Below are positions 1 to 49,700 of a stretch of 64,000 bases of DNA, piece after piece; positions within the stretch are counted from its first letter, which is position 1, and every line of letters begins with the position of its first letter. The stretch spans positions 124,001-188,000 of the forward strand of contig NIVC01000143.1 in the NCBI GenBank assembly GCA_002269645.1, written 5' to 3'. Below the pieces are notes generated by a model, which was not told the origin of the DNA, did not search any database, and saw only the letters and a list, made by a program, of their open reading frames with translations. This DNA comes from Macrostomum lignano (Eukaryota). The position numbers and the translations under genes are program-made.

Positions 1-600
1 GTATTGGAAAATGGCGGTTCTCTATTGGAAAATGGCGGTTCTGTAATGGAAAATGGCGGTTCTGTATTGGAAAATGGCGGTTCTGTATTGGAAAATGGCG
101 GTTCTGTATTGGAAAATGGCGGTTCTGTAATGGAAAATGGCGGTTCTGTATTGGAAAATGGCGGTTCTGTAATGGAAAATGGCGGTTCTGTATTGGAAAA
201 TGGCGGTTCTGTATTGGAAAATGGCGGTTCTGTATTGGAAAATGGCGGTTCTGTAATGGAAAATGGCGGTTCTGTATTGGAAAATGGCGGTTCTGTAATG
301 AAAAAATGGCGGTTCTGTAATGGAAAATGGCGGTTCTCCATTGGAAAATGGCGGTTCTGTAATGGAAAATGGCGGTTCTGTATTGGAAAATGGCGGTTCT
401 GTAATGAAAAAATGGCGGTTCTGTAATGGAAAATGGCGGTTCTCCATTGGAAAATGGCGGTTCTGTAATGGAAAATGGCGGTTCTGTATTGGAAAATGGC
501 GGTTCTGTAATGGAAAATGGCGGTTCTGTAATGGAAAATGGCGGTTCTGTATTGGAAAATGGCGGTTCTGTAATGGAAAATGGCGGTTCTGTAATGGAAA
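1..600. repeat. 21-bp minisatellite GGAAAATGGCGGTTCTGTA(T/A)T
   Basis: Direct inspection. Confidence 0.95.
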
Positions 601-724
601 ATGGGTTCCGTAGGTGGAAATGGCGGCCATTTAAATGTTGCATCACTCTTTGAAGCAGCAAATGTACTTTTAAAGTAGCATCCTTACTAAGTACACAACG
701 ATCCCAAACCCACCTTCCGCGCAG

Positions 725-38784
<38,060 letters not shown>

Positions 38785-38918
38785 AATGCCAATTGTCTTT
38801 CCTAATTATGACATGCTTCGAAGCGCTACATGATTTTTAAACTAACATAAAAAATGAAGCATCGTGGCAAGCAATTGACCTTTAAAAATGAAGAAAGTCA
38901 AGTTGTTTAAACGATCTC

Positions 38919-38924
38919 AATAAA
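38919..38924 (+). terminator. Candidate teneurin polyadenylation signal
   Basis: AATAAA downstream of the candidate stops at 38707 and 38784. Confidence 0.35.
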
Positions 38925-39229
38925 AAACTGATTTTTATAACAAGAAATTGAAGCTGAAACAGAAAAATATCTCTAATGTCTATATTCGTTTGTTTAAATG
39001 CGGCACTTTCATTATAACAAAGCAACACCGGAAAATGAATGCATACAAATTGATTGCTTTCTACTTTAATTGAGCCTTCGAGACTCTAATTCTCGAAGTA
39101 AGAGTGCGATGGTGTCACGAGCTTCTAAAAAACTGCTACTTGTTCTTGTAAAATATTTTTTAAAGTCCAAAAGTTATATAATGTTATAAAATGTTGTGCT
39201 GATATAAGTTGATGCAAGTTTCATTCTGA

Positions 39230-40300
39230 AACTGTATTGCGTATCGTGTTTGAAACGCAGAATTTTTGTTTAAATATGAGTTTTATGGCAAGTCCAGTTT
39301 TCATGAATTTCCTGTAAAAATTGCATCAATCTAGCTTTATTATTGTTATGCCAACATAAAAAACTATTGCTAATAAGTGTATTAGTCATTATATATGCTC
39401 GTAATATTACGGTTTGTTCTGTCGATATTGCTGTCATTAACAAAATTTAATTGTGTCGCTTTTCGAAAAATACATGCGCTGTGCTGAAAATCACTAAAGA
39501 GTCAAAGCTTTACAGTTGCTTCAGATTCCACACATATTTGTTTCATCTGTTAAAATATTTGAAGTTTAAGTTTAAAACTATAATATAGAGCTTATAGACT
39601 GAAATCCAATTCTAAGCTATATTAGACTTACATTACTGACAGTAGTTAGTGACGAGTAGAGTGACCTACGTGTATAGATGCATGTCGGCGTGAACTGGTC
39701 AACAGACATGCGGAGGCTATGTGAAACTCGTAGTTGGTTTGAAGTGGCTGATGGTAGTGGGATAGGTTTGCGGCATGGATTGTCGGATGGTCTGGAATAC
39801 AAGGCCAATTTGCATCACCTGAATAAGCAAAGTTAAGATTCTAGTCTCAACCCTGCTCAGACACATAATATTGCAGCCAGCTTGTCTCATTGCTTTATTT
39901 TTCTACTCAGTCTACTTACCACAAAAACAATAGCACTGTAGAAATTAGCTGTCGGATTAACAACACTCAGTGCATACGAAGTTCTCCAGTTTTTGTCTTC
40001 TTAACTGATAAGAGCAGAAGTTGGATAATTGTGTCGCAGACAGCACGATAAATGCATGCCTATTTATTTACTAAATATAGAAACATCAGCATCTGAGATG
40101 CTGTGCTCTGCATTCTAATTCTCTATTTGAGCTCTGCTTACCGAGTTCGAGCTGTGTCCTACCAAACCTATTACTGCTAATAAACACTGTAATACTGTTA
40201 AAGCTGCGCTTCACCGCGAACGACATCAAAACTATTTTAAAAATATTCCGGAATTGACGTACTGTGTAAGTGGAACCTGTAAATCTACAAAACGCATGGA
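39230..40300. repeat. Upstream segment of the tandem duplication, homologous to about 52200-53900
   Basis: 39230-39400 matches 52200-52350 (ctattgctaataagt.tattagtcatta); 39850-40300 matches 53470-53900 (gattaacaacactcagtgcatacgaagtt). Confidence 0.8.
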
Positions 40301-40639
40301 TTGCTTCATGGTTTAATAAAATTGTTGAAAGTTTTATCTTTTTTATCGAAAAAAATAAAAGGCTCAGGGTTCGTCTCTTCTCAGCTCTCCTCCCTCGCCT
40401 TAGTCTCCTCTCTCCTCTCTTTTCACTCCTCTCTCTCTCGTATCCTTCTCGCATCTCCTCTGTCCTCTCCTCTCATCTCTCCACTTCGGGTTCATCCCTC
40501 ACCTTCGCACATTGAACTGTCTTGTATATTAAATGGGTAGTCAGTGTACGCTTTTAGGAATCGTTCGTTACGGAAAATAGCTAAACATTTTTTTCGAATT
40601 TTCAGTTACCGCATCATCATAAGTTTAATATCGCCTCCA

Positions 40640-40730
40640 ATGCTGTCTTGGCCGTTTTTGCAGCACCTGCTATTGATGACTGTTGCATATCAGTCTGGTG
40701 CTGCATCAGTGTTGAGTGGATTGTCGGATG
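40640..40730 (+). CDS. crb: crb-like copy 1 signal peptide exon
   Basis: MLSWPFLQHLLLMTVAYQSGAASVLSGLSD G|gtgaga aligns with the copy 2 signal exon. Confidence 0.6.
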
Positions 40731-43700
40731 GTGAGAGCTTTCCTTATTATTAACTCGTGTGAAAGTAAAACTAAAAAAGCAAATTTGGTGGAGGCTTGGA
40801 TAAGTAGGGGGGGGGGAGGCAGGAGGGCTGTGGCTCCCCAGTCGCCTTTGGATAATGGTGGTTATCCAAAACAAAAACATGAGCACAGCTTTTGTTTGAG
40901 TAACTGACTGACTGCCTGACTGACTGACTGACTGACTGACTGACTGACTGACTGCCTGCCTGACTGACTGACTGACTGACTGACTGACTGACTGACTGAC
41001 TGCCTGACTGACTGACTGACTGACTGACTGCCTGACTGACTGACTGCCTGACTGACTGACTGACTGCCTAAATGACTGACTGACTGACTGCCTGACTGAC
41101 TGACTGACTGCCTGACTGACTGACTGACTGCCTGACTGACTGACTGACTGCCTGACTGACTGACTGACTGCCTGACTGACTGACTGACTGCCTGACTGAC
41201 TGACTGACTGCCTGACTGACTGACTGACTGCCTGACTGACTGACTAAATGACTGACTGACTGACTGACTGACTGACTGACTGACTGACTGACTGACTGAC
41301 TGACTGACTGACTGACTGACTGACTGACTGACTGACTGACTGACTGACTGACTGACTGACTGACTGACTGACTGCCTGACTGACTGACTGCCTGACTGAC
41401 TGACTGACTGCCTGACTGACTGACTGACTGACTGACTGACTGACTGACTGACTGACTGACTGACTGACTGACTGACTGACTGACTGACTGACTGACTGAC
41501 TGACTGACTGACTGACTGACTGACTGACTGACTGACTGACTGACTGACTGACTGACTGACTGACTGACTGACTGACTGACTGACTGACTGACTGACTGAC
41601 TGACTGACTGACTGACTGACTGACTGACTGACTGACTGACTGACTGACTGACTGACTGACTGACTGACTGACTGACTGACTGACTGACTGACTGACTGAC
41701 TGACTGACTGACTGACTGACTGACTGACTGACTGACTGACTGACTGACTGACTGACTGACTGACTGACTGACTGACTGACTGACTGACTGACTGACTGAC
41801 TGACTGACTGACTGACTGACTGACTGACTGACTGACTGACTGACTGACTGACTGACTGACTGACTGACTGACTGACTGACTGACTGACTGACTGACTGAC
41901 TGACTGACTGACTGACTGACTGACTGACTGCCTGACTGACTGCCTGACTGACTGACTGACTGACTGACTGACTGACTGACTGACTGACTGACTGACTGAC
42001 TGACTGACTGACTGACTGACTGACTGACTGACTGACTGACTGACTGACTGACTGACTGACTGACTGACTGACTGACTGACTGACTGACTGACTGACTGAC
42101 TGACTGACTGACTGACTGACTGACTGACTGACTGACTGACTGACTGACTGACTGACTGACTGACTGACCAGTCGGAACCTGATTATTGATTTGCAGGGCT
42201 CAGCGATAGCGCGGAATCGTTGACGCGGTCGAGGCGAGCCGCCTGCAGCGAGGGCGACTGCAAGAATGGCGGCATTTGCTGGCCGGGTCCTGTGACGTCA
42301 AGCACTCCTCCGTGTCTGTGTCCTGAGGCGTACACTGGTTCTTATTGCACCGGTAGAATAAACTTCTGTGCACTTTCGTACGGCAGCAATTCATCAAGCA
42401 GTCCCTGCCAGAACGGAGGCACCTGCAGCAGCACATACGGAAGACCCTGGTATCACTGCAGCTGCGTTCCCGGCTACACAAATGGGTGACCTGCTGCAAA
42501 TCAAAATTAGAAACTTCAAAAAATGTTTTAGAACTACTATTATCCGAAAAAAATTTGTAAAATTGTTGAGTTAGGCTGAACCAGATCAATTCAATTGAAC
42601 AGCATATCGGCTGTTTGTAATGTGGAAGTTTTTAAGAGAAAGTCTATTTTTTAAAATTTATAAATAATAATTTAACAAGATTATATCCCGAAATCTTACC
42701 TCGACGTCTGTCTAACAAACAAATACAATCATTCCATACAATAAGACACCTAACAAAACTCGTACAGACTCTCGCAGATCCCGTCCATCATCTCAAAAAT
42801 CCCATCTTTAATCTCACAGAACCATTCAATCAGCTCACAGAACCCATCCATCATCTCACAGATTCCATCCATCATCTCACAGAACCCATCCATCATCTCA
42901 CAGATCCCATCCATCATCTTACAGATCCCATCCACCATCTTACAGATCCCATCCACCATCTCACAGATCCCATCCATCATCACACAGATCCCATCCATCA
43001 TCACACAGAACCCATCCATCATCTCACAGATCCCATCCATCATCTCACAGATCCCATCCAAGATCTCACAGCCCCTTCAAAACAGATGAGTTATTTTCAT
43101 TTTCCCTCCTCGTCATCTACATTGGTTTAAAAGTACATTTCGGCAAAGCTACGCGTAAAGCAATTCTCCGCATTGTAAAAAATAAGAATTGTCAACTGGT
43201 CAGTTGGTGTCAGGACACAAGCCAGTCAGGACGGCATTCACACAGAAATTCCTAAGCTGAAGTCTCTGATTATTTTTTCCTTCCTTTCGATTTTGCAATC
43301 TGCTGCAGGCACCGACTGCGAGATCAACATTGATGACTGCGCCAGCAAGCCCTGCGCCAACGGCCTGTGCTCAGACTTGGTGAATGACTACAGCTGCAGC
43401 TGCTTCACCGGCTGGGAGGGCAGGAACTGCAACATCAACCACAACGACTGTCCGACGGGCGCCTGCCTCAATGGCGGCAGGTGCATTGATGGAAACGGCA
43501 CGTGAGTTCTCCTTCTTGACTTGACTCAGCTGCAGGGGGCTCTGGGCATTCGCGGATGCAGCGGAGAGGCGTCGACGCCCATTCCGCTCACCTCTGGCGA
43601 CCACGGGCAGCTGGTGCTGCGGTGTCGCGCAGGGAGATCTGCAGGATGGTAGCCAATAAGATAGCGGGCGATCTGGCAGAAATTCCCAGTCCTGAAAGCA

Positions 43701-46700
43701 TCGAAAAAAATCGGGTTCTGGCCGAGGTAGGTGAGCCTGTCTTTTGTAAGGCCTGCATTCACAGATGAAGTGCTCCGCATTCTCAACACCGGAGATGCAT
43801 AAAGGACTTTCCTCACTGGCAAATTTTTATCTGGAGGTAGCAATGTCTGGCAAAGCAGTACTGGCATGAGAGGGCCATTGTTACCACCCTGATGTCCCTG
43901 CGGTTGAGTTCTTCAATTTTCGTTAGTAAAGTATCGAGATAGGTAGCTCGTACTTTCCTGTTTCGATTCTAAATTTTGCTCCTGTAGTGGCTACTTAAAC
44001 TAATGTATTGTGGCGGCTAGCCTAAAGCTTTAGCCAAGGAACTCCTTGTACGAGTATTTAGCCCACGGGCACAGTCAAATATAAAGGCAACCTTTTTTCT
44101 TCAAGACTCGCAGTGCACTGCAAGTCGCTAATATATACAGTTCAATTACGACTCTGAAACCACAAAACCTTACTCCGAGTTTCATAATCGTCGTTTGTAT
44201 GGTTAGGAAAATTTAACACCGATAACTGCCGATGGAAACACTCTGAGCAGCCGGACTAGAGTGCCGAGTTTTCTGCTTAAAGTTCAGATTCACCTGGTAG
44301 TGGCTTTCGGGTTGGGTTCTTGTGGCTGAGGTATATTAGATTAGGTTTAATCATAAAGCTAATGATCTACGGATAGGAACTGTTAATGTTAGGAACTGGA
44401 AACTAGATTTTCGACTGTTTGTATTGAGCTTTAAAGCATTTTGTGCCTTTTCTAAAATTGTCAAAAAGCTGACACCAAAGCACGCGCTGCCATACAGCAG
44501 GGCTCTCACAGACACTGGCATTGTTTGCCTTGGCGGCAAGCTGTCGATCGCTCAAAGTGATTTATGATTTAAGAGCCCATGACGTGCTTTGGTTCTTGCA
44601 AGCAGGCATAAAGATTCTTGAGCATGCACACGAGCCTCTGTAGGAAAAGCACAAATTAAGTAAGTTTCGCTGGGAATCGAACCCAGTGACCCACTGAAGG
44701 GAATGCAGATTCGCTGCTGAATGCTATAAGGATTGGATGCTGAATTTGCATCGGGTACTGATGGTTCAGGCATCAGCTGAAGTCACATTAAAATATCTAT
44801 AAAACTGCTGAAGATTTCCAGTGCTGTTGACCCAAAATTACTTCAAAAGTTTTTCATAGATAATTCTGATCGCCGTGTCTTATCATTTGAGAACAACCCA
44901 ATCGGAAGACAAGTAATGATTGAGCTCAATGCACGTCACATCTTCAGAAAGGATTTTCCTTATTCTTAAAAAATCAAGGCAAAAAATTTTTTTCGAATTA
45001 TATTTTGTCAAACATCCCTTAAAAGCACCCTTGGCTCTGAGGACTCACAGAATCAATAATCAATTTATCTCCAACCGGCCATATTTTTGTTCTGTATGTG
45101 AGATGAAAAACAGAATTTTGTTTAAAAAGAGTTCCACTGACAAAAATCACAGCCTGATTGAAAACTTTGTCGCCGATTGTGTACCACTCAGATATCAAAA
45201 GCCGAACTATGCGGAATGAAATCAATTTCTTTTCTTCAGGTTCACCTGCGACTGCTCTCACGTCGACTTCCAAGGCGCCATCTGCAGCTACAAGATCGAT
45301 GACTGCGTGTCGAGCCCGTGCCAGCACGGCGGCAGGTGCACCGACGGTGTCAGAAACTACACCTGCGACTGCTCTCGCGTCGACTTCCAAGGCGACACCT
45401 GCAGCTCCAAGATCGATGACTGCGTGTCGAGTCCGTGCCAGCACGGCGGCAGGTGCATCGATGGTGTCAGAAACTACACCTGCAACTGCTCTGCCACCGA
45501 CTTCTACGGATCGAACTGCCAGAGCCGCATTGACGACTGCGCCAGCAACCCGTGCAGCCACAACGCCACCTGCGTTGATGGGCACAGAGACTTCAGCTGC
45601 AGCTGCTTCAGCGGCTACTCAGGAAAGACCTGCTCCGATGACGTGCAGGACTGCTCGCCGAATCCGTGCCAGTTCGGTGGCGCCTGTCTGCAGCGCAGCA
45701 ACCCGGCTCTGTATGGAAACTCACCGCTGCCAGCGCCGTTCAACGGCAGCTTCAGCTACGCGCTGGCTGCCGGATTCGTCTGCCTCTGCCCACATGGTGA
45801 GGAGGTCCGGTATCATATTTACTGTGCAGATTCCAATCTAAAATAATTTTTATCTGACTGCTACAGGTACCCACGAAGACAACTGCTCCATCAACCCGAA
45901 CGACTGTCTGGATCCGGCCACCAACCGCAGCGTGTGCGCTCACGCGTCGAGCTGCACGGACGGCCTGGCCTCATTCACCTGCCACTGCCTGCCCGGCTAC
46001 GAGGGCCCGACCTGCTCAGTCGACATCAACGAGTGCGAGCGGTTCGGACAGCCGTGTAGGAACGGAGCCGTCTGCAAGGACCTGGTAGCGGATTATGCCT
46101 GCACCGGCTGCCCTGCTGACTATACGGAGGCAAAAACTGCAGCGTCAGACTGACTGGCTGCGACTCCAGCCCATGTCACATAAATGCTACTTGCGAGCCG
46201 CTGCTTCTTCGCGAGCTGCCGTCACCTGCTCACGGCTACCGCTGCACCTGCAAGCCTGGCTGGTCTGGACCGCAGTGCAACGAGACCACTCTGGCGTCAT
46301 TCAACGGGACGTCCAGTTTCAGCGCCAATTTTAGTACAACAGCTGACTGCAACTTCGAGCTGTCATTTCGCACGAGTGTCGCTCACTTCGATCTGGTCCG
46401 GCTCTCGTCTCACTGGGGAGACATCCGAGTCGGCGCTCACGACTCCAGTCTCATGCTGTTGTTCTTCAATGCCTCATCGTCTGTGATTGGTCAAGCCGCT
46501 TGGCCAATCAGTGCCAGCTTGGCCTCTACTGATTGGCTGACACTGTCGGTCTCGCTGACCAATGGCAGAGCGACATTGAGTCGCAGTGAGTCAGGAGTGA
46601 GTCAGACGCCTGGAGCACAGCTGGTCGACGGATTGTCGAACTCATTCAAGCCGAACAGTCGAATGTCAGTTCGTGTCGGCGTCGAGAGCGGATCCGGGAT

Positions 46701-49700
46701 CGACGGCAGCGGCGGCTTTCGCGGCTGCGTGAGAGACCTGAGGCTCGTGACGGACGATTCGATGATCGTCGCTACGGAGACCACGACAGAGTCGAGCAAC
46801 GCGACCTGGGGAGTCTGCAGTCGGTCGGTGCAGTGCGGCAGCCCGTCGCCTTGTGAAGCAAAGACGAGCTCGATGTGCTCAGATGTGTGGAACGACTTTG
46901 TGTGCCACTGCGCTGCGGACTTCGGAGGCCTGCGCTGCTCCGTTGAGCTTCCATCGTTCTCACTGGGTGTGGGCGGCAGCGTGTCATCAACGATCTCCGC
47001 GTCTGCAGCAGGTGTGTCAAGTGTGTATGGCGGAGACTCGTGGACGATTGAGCTGAGGCTGGTGACTTTGTCTCGAGGAGCGTTTCTGCTGCTGCTGGGC
47101 AACCCGAGCGACTCAGCGACCACTCCGAGACTGCTCGCTACAGTCAGTGTCCTTGTGGTACTCCTCTGTAGATGTTCAAGGTTTTTTACACTCGTAAAGT
47201 CAATTTTTCTTTAAAATCTTTTCAGATCGATCACTCTGGTCGTCTGTCCGCCCAGTTACTGCACGGCAACGGCTCCCTCATCGCAGCGCTGACGTCATCA
47301 GACTCTGTGGCCACCGGCAGCTTCGTCTTCGTGAAGATCTCCGTGTCGATATCGGGTCGCTCGCTGTCGCTGTCAGTGTCATCTTCAGTCAGGTCGGCAT
47401 CGCTGAGCAGTGGGAGTCCGCTGCCGCAGCTGTCAGGCCAGCTCATCATCGGCGGCTTCAGCGGTCTTCGAGCAGCCCCGGCTCCGTCGCCCGATTCCAC
47501 AGGCCGGGGCGCTTCGAGAACAAAGAGATCGGCAGATGTCGCGCTGTCCAGAGTTGCTTCAGCGGCAGGAAATGTCACCGCGTTTCGAGGCTCGCTGAGG
47601 TCAATCAAGGTGAACGGTGACACTCCACTGATTTTGGTTGCTGGGAGTGACGGCTTCGAGGGCCTCACAGGTGCCGTGGTAGCCAGCGAGTCGACAGAGA
47701 TTGTCCCAGGCATTTTCAACAATACCGTGTGCGAAGAGTTTCGACCTTGTAGAAATGGAGCGACCTGCACTAACGGGCTCTACTATTCGTACCGGTGAGT
47801 TTATTGTCAATGTCTTTAGTTAAACACTTCTGCTGCAGTCCATGGCTAATCTGCATTGATACCACCGGATGCCTCAATTTTAGCTGCGTTTGCCACCCGG
47901 GCTACTCGGGCGAGGACTGCTCCGTCGACCATCCCGACTGCAGCTCGAATCCGTGCGGCGCCGACTCGTTCTGTCTGGAGCGAAGCATTGAAGCTTTGTA
48001 CAGCAATGCGTCCAGCCTGGCGCCGTTCAACGGCTCCTTCAGCTACTCGAAGGCTGCCGGCTTTGAGTGCGTGCGCATGATGGCACCGACTGAGACTGCC
48101 GCCAGTAGTGAGGCTGCCGCCAGTAAGTAGTGAGGCTGCCGCTAGTAAGTAGTGAGACTGCCGCCAGTAAGTAGTGAGGCTGCTGCCAGTAAGTAGTGAG
48201 GCTGCCGCCAGTAAGTAGTGAGGCTGCCGCCAGTAAGTAGTGAGGCTGTCGCCAGTAAGTAGTGAGGCTGTCGCCAGTAAGTAGTGAGGCTGCTGCCAGT
48301 AAGTAGTGAGGCTGCCGCCAGTAAGTAGTGAGGCTGTCGCCAGTAAGTAGTGAGGCTGTCGCCAGTAAGTAGTGAGGCTGCCGCCAGTAGTGAGGCTGTC
48401 ACTAGTAAGTAGTGAGGCGGTCACTAGTAAGTGGTGAGGCTGCTGCCAGTAAGTAGTGAGGCTGCCGCAAGTAAGTAGTGAGGCTGTCGCCAGTAAGTAG
48501 TGAGGCTGCCGCCAGTAAGTAGTGAGGCTGCCGCCAGTAAGTAGTGAGGCTGCCGCCAGTAAGTAGTTAGGCTGCTGCCAGTAAGTAGTGAGGCTGCCGC
48601 CAGTAAGTAGTGAGGCTGCCGCTAGTAAGTAGTGAGGCTGCCGCCAGTAAGTAGTGAGGCTGCTGCCAGTAAGTAGTGAGGCTGCCGCCAGTAAGTAGTG
48701 AGGCTGTCACTAGTAAGTGGTGAGGCTGCTGCCAGTAAGTAGTGAGGCTGCCGCCAGTAAGTAGTGAGGCTGCCGCTAGTAAGTAGTGAGGCTGCCGCCA
48801 GTAAGTAGTGAGGCTGTCACTAGTAAGTGGTGAGGCTGTCACCAGTAAGTAGTGAGGCTGCCGCCAGTAAGTAGTGAGGCTGTCACCAGTAAGTAGTGAG
48901 GCTGCCGCCAGTAAGTAGTGAGGCTGCCGCTAGTAAGTAGTGAGGCTGCCGCCAGTAAGTAGTGAGGCTGCCGCCAGTAAGTAGTGAGGCTGCCGCCAGT
49001 AAGTAGTAAGGCTGCCGCCAGTAAGTAGGGAAGCTGCCTTAGTCTTAGAGGGATTAAATGCAGTCAATGAAATTGAATTTCAATAATGTCTGGCTTGTTG
49101 GTCAGCAAAATATGAGTTTACTTTAAGCGAATGTAAACTTTTTTATTGCCCGCTAGCAACTTGTGTCAAAAACCGTGTCACAAGATTTGATCGTTGCGAT
49201 GCCACGATGCTCATACTGCAATAGTCTCATTCAATCGAACTCTTTACCTATTACAGATGACTTTCTTTCCACTTGGCCAATTGCGGCCATTGCTGTGGCA
49301 ATCTTCTTATTTGGAGTTCTTCTGACAGTTTCCGTGTTCCTCCTGCTGCTAAACCGGCATCGAAACGTGGGTCTTTGCACGCCAGTCATTTCAATAAAAC
49401 CCTACGAGTATATACAAATGCCTAATTATCATCATAAATATAATTTTCAGGGCAAGCTGTCACTTGGATATTTCGAGAGACAGGTATTCCCTCTATTATC
49501 GTAAAACTGTCAAAATTATTGTATATTTACTGATTAGATATTGTTTATTTACGTTTGAGGCCCCCGTTCTGGAGAATGCGAAACGAAGAAGTGCAGCGAA
49601 GGTTTTGAGCGATCTGAGAGACCGTCTGAGCTCGCGGAGTGAGCACACCTACCTGACATCCGACAGGCGTCCGGTGAGACCTCTGCTCCCAGTCATGCTG

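Noticed and set aside
45019-45585. Long minus-strand ORFs over EGF/LamG exons (also 62593-63096, 46602-47123, 47231-47770, 37175-37594)
   Set aside because: Antisense shadows of GC-rich coding exons.
42197-48122. Notch or Delta/Serrate assignment for the EGF gene
   Set aside because: No LNR, ankyrin or DSL domains; LamG domains and the insert EGF indicate Crumbs ancestry.
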